Source of the DNA: Francisellaceae bacterium UBA6186
GTDB taxonomy: Bacteria > Pseudomonadota > Gammaproteobacteria > UBA6186 > Azoamicaceae
Assembly: GCA_002422785.1 (NCBI GenBank)
Contig: DITK01000053.1
Location: forward strand, 892-64,891
Length of the DNA: 64,000 nt
Reading direction: 5' to 3'
Shown here: positions 48,354-56,581 of the stretch, in pieces
Layout of the letters: every line of letters begins with the position of its first letter
How positions within the stretch are numbered: position 1 is the stretch's first letter
Notes under the pieces: generated by a model
What the model saw: only the letters and a program-made list of their open reading frames with translations
The model's database searches: none
What the model was told of the DNA's origin: nothing
Program-made: the position numbers and the translations under genes

Positions 48354-49328
48354 ATGAAAGGGATATATTTTTTCTGTTGCGACCCCAACAAAGATCCTGT
48401 TGCATCAGGAATATTTAATCAAGTTATTAACATGTATAATTTGCAAGAAACCACACATATTTTTGATAATCAGCCGGTATTAAAATATGTGGACTTAAAA
48501 GGTAATGAATTTTTGTTTGCCAAAACAGAGGAGGTATTAAGCCATAATTATATAAAATATTTATCACAATTAGAACAATTGAATGATAAATATGATTTTG
48601 CTGGTATTGTAAATTGGCACGAAGGCAAAAACGCTCCAAATCAAATTTTAACTGTGCATACTAATAGCGATGTTGCTAGTGGCAATTTTAGTACAGCTAA
48701 TCCATGGTTGAATAGAAATATCATTCAAGCTATTGAGAATAATAGGTTGTTAGCCGGGCTAAAAGAATTTTCAACTAAAACAGAGGCTACTCATTGGTCC
48801 GGAGTTACTTATCAACAGCCTGCAGAATTAATACCACAATTTACTGTACCTTTGGTTGATATAGAAATAGGTAGCTTACCAGATAGTTGGTCTCATCCTA
48901 TTGCTGCTGAAATTATTGCAACATCTTTAACTCAAGTGTTTGATAAAATTGATCAAGAAGAGGTTATGCCAATTTTGTATATTGGTGGAGAACATTTTGA
49001 TCAAGATCTTACCAATATTGCTATTAATGTGAATTTCCCATTTGCTTTTTGTCACCATTTACCTAATCAATGGTTTAAAGATTATGCCGCCAATCAAGAG
49101 GTGGGGTTTAAATATTTAACCAAATGTAAAGATAGTATTATAGGAGATCTGCGAGCTATATTTTATCATGACGGTATGAGCGGTCCGTTAAAAACTATGG
49201 TAAAGACATTTGCTGAGCAACATAATATACCAGTATTTAAGCATAAAGCATTAAGAGACCCTGATAAATTATTAAAAGAATTACTGAGCAGATCTGTGTC
49301 TGGGAGTCGTCCCAGGCCTCGTATATGA
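48354..49328 (+). CDS. Archaeal-type D-aminoacyl-tRNA deacylase (DtdA/DTD2)-like domain protein (track ORF starts at 48234)
   Basis: NWHEGKNAP..ILTVHTNSD, EATHWSG and VDIEIGSLPDSW resemble DTD2 motifs (ltvH.tGN, EaTHHGP, vEIGS...W) as I recall them. AGGAA lies upstream of ATG 48354. Confidence 0.45.
   Translation: MKGIYFFCCDPNKDPVASGIFNQVINMYNLQETTHIFDNQPVLKYVDLKGNEFLFAKTEEVLSHNYIKYLSQLEQLNDKYDFAGIVNWHEGKNAPNQILTVHTNSDVASGNFSTANPWLNRNIIQAIENNRLLAGLKEFSTKTEATHWSGVTYQQPAELIPQFTVPLVDIEIGSLPDSWSHPIAAEIIATSLTQVFDKIDQEEVMPILYIGGEHFDQDLTNIAINVNFPFAFCHHLPNQWFKDYAANQEVGFKYLTKCKDSIIGDLRAIFYHDGMSGPLKTMVKTFAEQHNIPVFKHKALRDPDKLLKELLSRSVSGSRPRPRI
49300..49315 (+). other. GC-rich hairpin at the 3' end of the DtdA-like ORF
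   Basis: CTGGGA-gtcg-TCCCAG is a perfect 6-bp stem in otherwise AT-rich DNA. It lies 13 nt before the stop and 23 nt before the next start codon. Confidence 0.4.
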
Positions 49329-49337
49329 ATAGCATAA

Positions 49338-50114
49338 ATGAAAATTTTAATTTTATGCTCAGACGGGCCACATAATAAATATTTAACTTATAGGATAAAT
49401 AAAGAGTTTCCAAATGTTATTACTATAGTAGAGATTTCTAATTTTAAAAAAAAGCGTTTGCTTCTTAAGCATAAATATAAAGATTATTTATATAATCTTT
49501 ATCATGATGTTAGAAGAAATTTAATAGGCCATAATAAGTATCGAGAAGATTTTTTTATTTCTAAAATACATGAACAAGGATGGAATAGAGACAACAAATA
49601 CCATATAGTCGATTGGGTAAATTCTGAACATGTAAGACAAATACTTTGCAATATTAATCCTGATATAACTATTGTTATGGGAACTTCGATAATTAAGCCT
49701 GATATATTAGATTTATTGGGTGCAAATGTAATAAATATTCATGGTGGGTATTTGCCTTATTATAAAGGAAATCATTGTTGTTTTTTTGCATTTTATAATA
49801 ATGAATTCGATAAGATTGGATCTACTATTCATTTTGTTAATAAATTTATAGATCAAGGTGATATCATAGATGTTGTTGTACCGGAAATCACAATCAATGA
49901 CAATGCAGAAACTTTGTATTGTAAGGCTGAATTAGCGGCGATAGAAAAACTTATTGTGTATATAAAAAATTATCAACTTGGTATAGATTTTCCTCGAATT
50001 CCGCAAAAAAATGTAGGAAAAATATATTATACTAGAGATCGTAAGATATACCACGAAATAATGTATTTCTTTAAAAGAAAAGGTTTGTTTAAATATTTAC
50101 AAAATATCGAATAA
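49338..50114 (+). CDS. Formyltransferase (Formyl_trans_N-type, single domain)
   Basis: INIHGGYLPYYKGNHCCFFAF (N.H.s.LP.yRG) and IDQGDII (D.G.i). Lacks the Fmt C-terminal tRNA-binding domain. Confidence 0.65.
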   Translation: MKILILCSDGPHNKYLTYRINKEFPNVITIVEISNFKKKRLLLKHKYKDYLYNLYHDVRRNLIGHNKYREDFFISKIHEQGWNRDNKYHIVDWVNSEHVRQILCNINPDITIVMGTSIIKPDILDLLGANVINIHGGYLPYYKGNHCCFFAFYNNEFDKIGSTIHFVNKFIDQGDIIDVVVPEITINDNAETLYCKAELAAIEKLIVYIKNYQLGIDFPRIPQKNVGKIYYTRDRKIYHEIMYFFKRKGLFKYLQNIE

Positions 50115-50130
50115 ATTAATTGCATAGCTG

Positions 50131-50994
50131 TCAACCTGGTTTTGTAGCAAAATAGGAATTGATATAAAGTCCAGAAATAATTAAGCAGGTTGCTACGATT
50201 TTCCACCAATCTAGGGTTTCATCTAATAGTAAAATTGAGCTAACCATGCCAAATATAGGCACTAACAAACAAAAAGGTGCTATGGTTGAAACCGGATATT
50301 TACTTAATAATATATTCCAAATATAAAATCCTAAAAAAGTCGCAATATAAGCAATATAAACAATAGCTAACATGGATATATAGTTATGTTGATAAAAACT
50401 ATTTATTATTTGTTCTGTTCCTTCAAAAATTATTGACATCAGCAATAGCAATGGCCAGGCAAATAATCCACCCCAGACAACTAAACCTATAAAATTACTA
50501 GTATTAAATTTTTTCGACATAATGCTGCCTGTTCCCCAAGCGGCGGCCGAAGTTAAGATTAGGACAAAACCAATTAAGGAAACATCTCCGCTTAAATTCA
50601 TACCAATTAAAATAATACCAAAAAAAGCAATTATGGAACCAATAATTTGCTGAATATTTATTGTTTCTTTTAAGAATATTATAGCAAGAAATATACTGAA
50701 AAATACTTGGACTTGAAATAACAATGAGGCAATACCTGCGGTTACCCCCATATTAATGCCTAAAAATAATAGTGCAAATTGTAATGCAAATGCAGTTATG
50801 CCATAAACTGCAATTAATTTGATAGGTACAGCTGGTGGTTTAATAAAGAAAATTGCTGGCATACTAACCAAAAAAAATCTTATAAAAGAAAACAGTAATG
50901 GTGGAATAAATTTAAGGCCAAATTTGATGACTACAAAATTAAATCCCCAAATAGCTGCTAATAAGATACTCATTATTAAATGTTGTATTTTCAT
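50131..50994 (-). CDS. DMT-superfamily transporter (two EamA domains)
   Basis: Ten predicted TM segments in two repeats. AAIWGFNFVVIK and AAAWGTGSIMSK are EamA-type motifs. Confidence 0.8.
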   Translation of the reverse strand: MKIQHLIMSILLAAIWGFNFVVIKFGLKFIPPLLFSFIRFFLVSMPAIFFIKPPAVPIKLIAVYGITAFALQFALLFLGINMGVTAGIASLLFQVQVFFSIFLAIIFLKETINIQQIIGSIIAFFGIILIGMNLSGDVSLIGFVLILTSAAAWGTGSIMSKKFNTSNFIGLVVWGGLFAWPLLLLMSIIFEGTEQIINSFYQHNYISMLAIVYIAYIATFLGFYIWNILLSKYPVSTIAPFCLLVPIFGMVSSILLLDETLDWWKIVATCLIISGLYINSYFATKPG

Positions 50995-51121
50995 AATTGC
51001 AATCCTTTATATTTATGTAATAAACTAATTTACAATCCTCAAATTAAATTTTTATGCAAAGTAAAAAAATTTGTGATTTAATATGCACCAAATGTTGTAT
51101 CAGCAGTATAAGGATATATGA

Positions 51122-52195
51122 ATGAATAGCCAAGCTATAGACTATACAAAATATTTAGATTTTAATTATTTATTTGCAACTTTTTCAGACTCAATTCTTT
51201 TACCTAAAATTATCCATCTTAATAACAATCTTTATGCTGCTGTATTTTCTATAATGAAATTATTGCCAGCCAAGTACATTATCTCTTCTGCTGTTAATAG
51301 AGGAGAGATTAAAGAAGGTTATACTATAGTAGATACTTCTAGTGGTACCTTTGCTTTAGGTATCGGGATTATTTGTGCAGAGCTTGGTTTTAGATTTAAG
51401 ATTTTTGGGGATCCGGCTATTGATCCCGTTTTAATTCAAAGACTAGAAGATTTAGGCGGCAGTATACATATAAGTACTAACCCTAAAAACCCAGGTGCTT
51501 ATCAGAAATTACGATTAGAAGCACTAAATACTTTTATTTCACAAAATACACTAAGTTACTGGATGAGGCAATACGATAATTTAGATAATTATAAATCTTA
51601 TGCAATTGTTGGAGAACTAATACTAAAAACTTTAGGTTCAATAGTTAATATTGTCGGTACTGTAGGTTCTGGCGGATCTACTGCTGGCATAATTAAGGCT
51701 ATTAGATTAAAAAATATTGATGCTAAATTAATTGGAGTTGATACGTTTAATAGTGTTTTATTTGGTCAGCCTGATGGTAAAAGAATATTAAGGGGACTTG
51801 GCAACTCTATTATGCCGAAAAATCTAAATCATAGTTGTTATGATGAAATTCATTGGGTGGCAGCAAACGATGCTTATTATTACACCAAATGGTTATTTAA
51901 AAACAAGTCCATTTTTTGCGGGCCAACTAGTGGTGCAGCATATCAAGTTGCTAATTATTTAGCAAAAAAAAATCCACAAGAAAAATATATATTTATTGCC
52001 CCAGATGAAGGTTATCGTTATCTTACTACAGTTTATAATGATATTTGGCTGAAGCAGCAAGAATTTTATAATACCAATATTACGGTAGAGCCAAGTTTAG
52101 TTGAGTCACCATTATATGCAAACAGTCCTTGGACATCTATTAATTGGAGCAGAAGAACTTATCAACAAGTATTAGGTAAAGAATTAAATGCATAG
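51122..52195 (+). CDS. Fold-type II PLP-dependent enzyme (cysteine synthase/CBS/SbnA-like)
   Basis: Candidate PLP-Lys in FSIMK. TSSGTFALGIG occupies the TSGNTG-loop position. Gly-rich phosphate loop GTVGSGGSTAGI. Confidence 0.65.
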   Translation: MNSQAIDYTKYLDFNYLFATFSDSILLPKIIHLNNNLYAAVFSIMKLLPAKYIISSAVNRGEIKEGYTIVDTSSGTFALGIGIICAELGFRFKIFGDPAIDPVLIQRLEDLGGSIHISTNPKNPGAYQKLRLEALNTFISQNTLSYWMRQYDNLDNYKSYAIVGELILKTLGSIVNIVGTVGSGGSTAGIIKAIRLKNIDAKLIGVDTFNSVLFGQPDGKRILRGLGNSIMPKNLNHSCYDEIHWVAANDAYYYTKWLFKNKSIFCGPTSGAAYQVANYLAKKNPQEKYIFIAPDEGYRYLTTVYNDIWLKQQEFYNTNITVEPSLVESPLYANSPWTSINWSRRTYQQVLGKELNA

Positions 52196-54878
52196 TAACT
52201 TTAAACAAAAAAACATTGCTTTTATAGAAAGCAATACTACTGGAACAGGAAGAAAATTTTTATTGGCAGCCAAAGATCATGGTCTTACACCAATTTTTAT
52301 TACCAGTAACCCTGGTAAATATAGCTTTTTAGCAGAAGAATTAATACAGCCGATTGTTTTAAATACTAATTCCAATCAAGATGTCTATCAATATTTAAAA
52401 AATATTAGCAATTTGCAAGCAATTTTTTCTACATCAGAATATTATATAGGATCGGCCTCTAGCTTAGCTAGGGATTTGGGGCTGTTATATAATAGCCCAG
52501 AGGCTATAAATCTTTGCAGAAATAAATATTTATTGGCAGGAAAATTAAGACAATATAATATAAATTGTCCTAAAACCATAAAAATTGATTCCGCCGAGCA
52601 AATAAATAGTATAGAAAATAATTTTTGTTTTCCTGTTGTAGTAAAGCCAGTCAAAGGATCTGGTAGTGTTGGGGTTAAATTATGCTTTAATAAACAAGAA
52701 GTTTTTGCACACGCAAAATTATTATTTAATGATGATAATTTAGAATCTCGTTGTGTGGTTATCCAAGAATATATTGCAGGAGAAGAATATTCGGTTGAAA
52801 CGCTAAGTTTTAACCAACAAATTAATATCATAGGAATAACGAAAAAATATTTAGGAGAGCCGCCTTTTTTCTTGGAAGTTGGCCACGATTTTCCTGCACA
52901 ATTATCCAAAGATCTTACAAAAAAAATAGAAGAATTAGTTTCAAATAGTTGCCACAAGTTAGGCTTGTTATGTGGCCCCGCTCATACTGAAATAAAAATT
53001 AAAAACGATATTCCTTATATTATAGAAATTAATCCTAGGCTTGCCGGAGGCATGATTCCAGAAATTATTAATCAGGCTACTGGTATTGATTTAATAACAC
53101 AAACTATAAATTTATTAATTGGAGAAAAAGTTAATTTAACTAAAAAAAATCAACAATTTTCAGCTATTCGTTTTATAGTGCCAAAGAATAATGGCACCAT
53201 TAAATCTATTAAATTAAACCATGACAAGCACAAATATCAATTAGTAGATTTTAAAATTAATAAACATATAAATGATGTTGTGGTTTTACGAGGAGACTTT
53301 AGAGATAGATTAGGGCATATTATTGTTAAAGCAGATACTTTGTATGCCTGTCAACAATTAGCCGAAAGATCTATCGGATCTGTATTATTAGAAATAGAAC
53401 CCAATCAAATTATAACAGAGCAAAATATCAACACTGGCAGATTAAAAGATGTGTTACTGCCAGAAATTCAAGAACTGATTAATAAAAACAATATTGTTGA
53501 TGATACTATTAAAGAATTAGAGATTTTAGCTGATATTGATGAAGCTCATATTATGATGTTACTTATAACTAATAACATTGATAGTAATAAAGCCAAGATG
53601 TTATTACAAGAAATAACAACTCTTAAAACTGACAACTTTGATCCTGTAAAAAATAATAATGCTCCTAGGGGTATATATTTATTGTATGAGAATTATTTGA
53701 TTCAAAAATTGGGTATTAATGTTGCTGGGGATGTGCATATAGCAAGATCTAGGAATGATATCAACGCTACCAAATTTAAATTGAATTTACGTGAGCGATT
53801 TATACACATTTACCAAAAAGTTTGGCAATTAAGATCCATATTAGTAAATTTATCGAAATCACATGTAAAAACATCTATACCAATTTATAGTCAGTATCAA
53901 ACAGCTTTACCAGGAACCTTGGGACATTATCTGCTGGGGATAGAAGCTGGTTTAACTAGAGAACAATCAGCATTACAAGCTATATATACTGATTTGGAAA
54001 TATCTCCTCTAGGGGCAGGAGCTGGAGGTGGAACTTCTTTTGCTATAAATCCAGAAATTACCGCAAAATTTTTAGGTTTTAGCTCTTGTGCCAGCAATTC
54101 TCTTGATGCCAGTGCTAGCCGCGATGTGTCACTTAGGATGTTATCTATATTATGTAGTTGCTCTATGTTATTAAGTAGGTTTGTTGAAGATTTACAATTA
54201 TGGTCGACTAATGAATTTAAATTGATTGAATTTCCTGATTATCTTTGTGGTGGTTCTTCTATGATGCCACAAAAAAAGAATCCATATTTATTAGAAAAAA
54301 TTAAAGGCATGTTATTATCTATGCCTGCAAATTATACTACTTGTTTATTAATCATGTATAAAGTACCCTTTGGCAATTCTTATGAAATCAGTACCGAATC
54401 ATTAAAACCTATAAACAAAGCATATGATGACTTTATTATAATTATTAATTTATTATCTATTATTATTAAAAACATTAATATTAAACATGAACATATTAAA
54501 AAAAATCAATTGGAAAATTTAACTACTGCGACTTATATAACAGATCTTCTGGTTAGGAATAAATACTGTAGCTTTAGGGAAGCTCACCATAAAATTGGAT
54601 CGATAATAAGAGATGCTTTAGATGCTGGCATAGATCCTCATGCGGCTATTTATGCCTTTTGCGATCCGATTATTAATAAATTAGATTTAGATCCTTTAAA
54701 TGTAGCCTTACAAATTGAATATGGTGGTGGCCCTGGGTTTAATTCCACTAGTAATCAATATTATCGAGCAATCGATAGATTGAATAAACACGGCGTATGG
54801 TTGACTAATAAAAAAAGGGAATTAGCTAATTGTTATTTATACAGAAAGAATAAAATTAAAGAAATTATTGCAGAATAA
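52188..54878 (+). CDS. Fusion protein: N-terminal ATP-grasp ligase domain plus C-terminal argininosuccinate-lyase-like (fumarase/aspartase superfamily) domain
   Basis: ATP-grasp: FPVVVKPVKGSGSVGVKLC, VIQEYIAGEEYSVE, IIEINPRLAGG. Lyase: HIARSRNDINAT, TALPGTLGHYLL, and the superfamily signature GSSMMPQKKNP at 54252-54284. Confidence 0.8.
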   Translation: MHSNFKQKNIAFIESNTTGTGRKFLLAAKDHGLTPIFITSNPGKYSFLAEELIQPIVLNTNSNQDVYQYLKNISNLQAIFSTSEYYIGSASSLARDLGLLYNSPEAINLCRNKYLLAGKLRQYNINCPKTIKIDSAEQINSIENNFCFPVVVKPVKGSGSVGVKLCFNKQEVFAHAKLLFNDDNLESRCVVIQEYIAGEEYSVETLSFNQQINIIGITKKYLGEPPFFLEVGHDFPAQLSKDLTKKIEELVSNSCHKLGLLCGPAHTEIKIKNDIPYIIEINPRLAGGMIPEIINQATGIDLITQTINLLIGEKVNLTKKNQQFSAIRFIVPKNNGTIKSIKLNHDKHKYQLVDFKINKHINDVVVLRGDFRDRLGHIIVKADTLYACQQLAERSIGSVLLEIEPNQIITEQNINTGRLKDVLLPEIQELINKNNIVDDTIKELEILADIDEAHIMMLLITNNIDSNKAKMLLQEITTLKTDNFDPVKNNNAPRGIYLLYENYLIQKLGINVAGDVHIARSRNDINATKFKLNLRERFIHIYQKVWQLRSILVNLSKSHVKTSIPIYSQYQTALPGTLGHYLLGIEAGLTREQSALQAIYTDLEISPLGAGAGGGTSFAINPEITAKFLGFSSCASNSLDASASRDVSLRMLSILCSCSMLLSRFVEDLQLWSTNEFKLIEFPDYLCGGSSMMPQKKNPYLLEKIKGMLLSMPANYTTCLLIMYKVPFGNSYEISTESLKPINKAYDDFIIIINLLSIIIKNINIKHEHIKKNQLENLTTATYITDLLVRNKYCSFREAHHKIGSIIRDALDAGIDPHAAIYAFCDPIINKLDLDPLNVALQIEYGGGPGFNSTSNQYYRAIDRLNKHGVWLTNKKRELANCYLYRKNKIKEIIAE

Positions 54879-54885
54879 TTTTATA

Positions 54886-56574
54886 TTAGTCTGTTGCTAT
54901 TTTAATAGCTTTACCTGAAAAACCAATTCCTATAGCACAAATATTAATAATTTTCCTAGATTGCAGCTCTGTAGTATATTTAGATTGTTTAATTTGCATT
55001 AATGCTGTCTGTGCAGCATGCTCTAATTTTGCTGGATCATTGATAACTTTAAATTCCATAACAATTCCAAGCTGCTTAGGATCTTTAGGAATAATTAACA
55101 AATCATAACGCCCATCGCCAGATTCTCTATTAGATCTAATTTCATGAGTGTCTTTCAACCCTGCCAAGATCCCTAACATTAATCCTTGATAAAATATTTC
55201 TTGTGTAGTTTTGCTAGTATCATGGTAACTTACCATCTCTGCTATAATATTTTGTAAATTTAGCTCAAATACTGCTACTTGCCCAGTAGTTAATGCGACT
55301 AATAATTCTTGATACCAAATTATTCCTCGACTACCAGATAACCATTCTATAAATATTTGTTTATATAAAAATTCTACTTCTTTGTTTGGGATCGCTAATT
55401 CACACAAATTACCGTATTCAGTAAAATTAGAAGATATTACTTTAAGATATCCTGACATTAAAAATAAACTCCAAATACCTGATCTATTTTTTTGCAAATC
55501 TAAAAATACTATGTGTTCATTAACTACTTCTGTAATGGCCTCCCCTGTAATTAATTTAGCAATTTTGTCTTGAGTATTTAATTCGGAAGTGAGCAATAGA
55601 TCTCTAATTAAATCATTACTGCTAGTATTAATCCAATATGGCTCTATTTTTCCTCTTTTTTTAATAAATTTAATAATAGACCACGGATTATAAATTGTTG
55701 TTCCACCAAAATTATAACCATTATACCATTCTTTGGTTTGGCTAGTGCTATTAGGCAATTTAGCCGTAATCAATAAATCACTAACCTCTGTTTCAGTAAA
55801 CCCAAAATAATCACAATAATTTTGATCTAACACCGAGTAAATTTCTACGTTGCTAAGGCCTGAGAATAAGCTCTCTTTTGATACTCTTAAAATTCCAGTT
55901 AAAATTGCTCTTTTAAAAAATCCATTGTCTTTTAATCCGCTACTAAGTAAATTCCTCATAAATGAGATTAATTCTTCATAGTAATTATGTGAGTATGATT
56001 CCTGAATTGGGGTGTCGTACTCATCAATTAATATAATAGCTGGCTGATTAGTTACTTTGTTAATAAATTTAGTTAATAATTTAATGCTTTCATCCCAACA
56101 AACTGGATCAGCTTTTTTTTCTAAAATCTTTTTAAACAAATCCCTCTCTTCTGGATCTAATTTTTCGCTATGTAATAAAAATCTATATTCTGAGTAAACA
56201 TTGGCTATTTGTACTTTGATATGTTCATAACAGGAATCAAAAGTTTTATACTTGGCGTCTTTTAGGGTAATAAAAATTACTGGGTATTGCCCCTGTTCTT
56301 GCATGCAAATCGTATCAGCAGCAATTTTTAGTTCATTAAACAAATCTTTAGTTAATTTGCCATTTACAGTGTTAGCAAAAAAATGCTGTAACATCGATAG
56401 ATTCAAAGTTTTACCAAAACGTCTTGGACGAGTTAAAACAATTACTGGTGTGCTATCACCTATAATTTCTTTGATTAACAAGGACTTATCAACATATAAA
56501 TATCCTTTGTTAGTAAGAGGGTTTTTATATGTAACTAAAGAGCTAAAATCACTAACACCTACGGGTAAATGCAT
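54886..56574 (-). CDS. AAA-ATPase-like domain / PD-(D/E)XK nuclease (DUF1703-type) protein
   Basis: N-terminus LPVGVSDFSSLV...YVDKSLLIKEII...VLTRPRRFGKTLNLSMLQHFF. C-terminus ESGDGRYDLLIIPKD...GIVMEFKV (E..GR.D...-..E.K nuclease core). Confidence 0.8.
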   Translation of the reverse strand: MHLPVGVSDFSSLVTYKNPLTNKGYLYVDKSLLIKEIIGDSTPVIVLTRPRRFGKTLNLSMLQHFFANTVNGKLTKDLFNELKIAADTICMQEQGQYPVIFITLKDAKYKTFDSCYEHIKVQIANVYSEYRFLLHSEKLDPEERDLFKKILEKKADPVCWDESIKLLTKFINKVTNQPAIILIDEYDTPIQESYSHNYYEELISFMRNLLSSGLKDNGFFKRAILTGILRVSKESLFSGLSNVEIYSVLDQNYCDYFGFTETEVSDLLITAKLPNSTSQTKEWYNGYNFGGTTIYNPWSIIKFIKKRGKIEPYWINTSSNDLIRDLLLTSELNTQDKIAKLITGEAITEVVNEHIVFLDLQKNRSGIWSLFLMSGYLKVISSNFTEYGNLCELAIPNKEVEFLYKQIFIEWLSGSRGIIWYQELLVALTTGQVAVFELNLQNIIAEMVSYHDTSKTTQEIFYQGLMLGILAGLKDTHEIRSNRESGDGRYDLLIIPKDPKQLGIVMEFKVINDPAKLEHAAQTALMQIKQSKYTTELQSRKIINICAIGIGFSGKAIKIATD

Positions 56575-56581
56575 AATTGGC

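Noticed and set aside
50999-51039. Direct repeat GCAATCCT / ACAATCCT spaced 33 bp apart in the divergent EamA / PLP-enzyme promoter region.
   Set aside because: An 7-of-8 match in AT-rich DNA is plausible by chance. It might be an operator, but no regulator gene is present in the cluster to support that.
52442-52957. 171-aa minus-strand ORF lying entirely inside the ATP-grasp domain coding region.
   Set aside because: It has no recognisable motif, no RBS context, and a composition typical of the antisense frame of a strongly biased AT-rich gene. The sense-strand gene has clear ATP-grasp motifs across the same interval.
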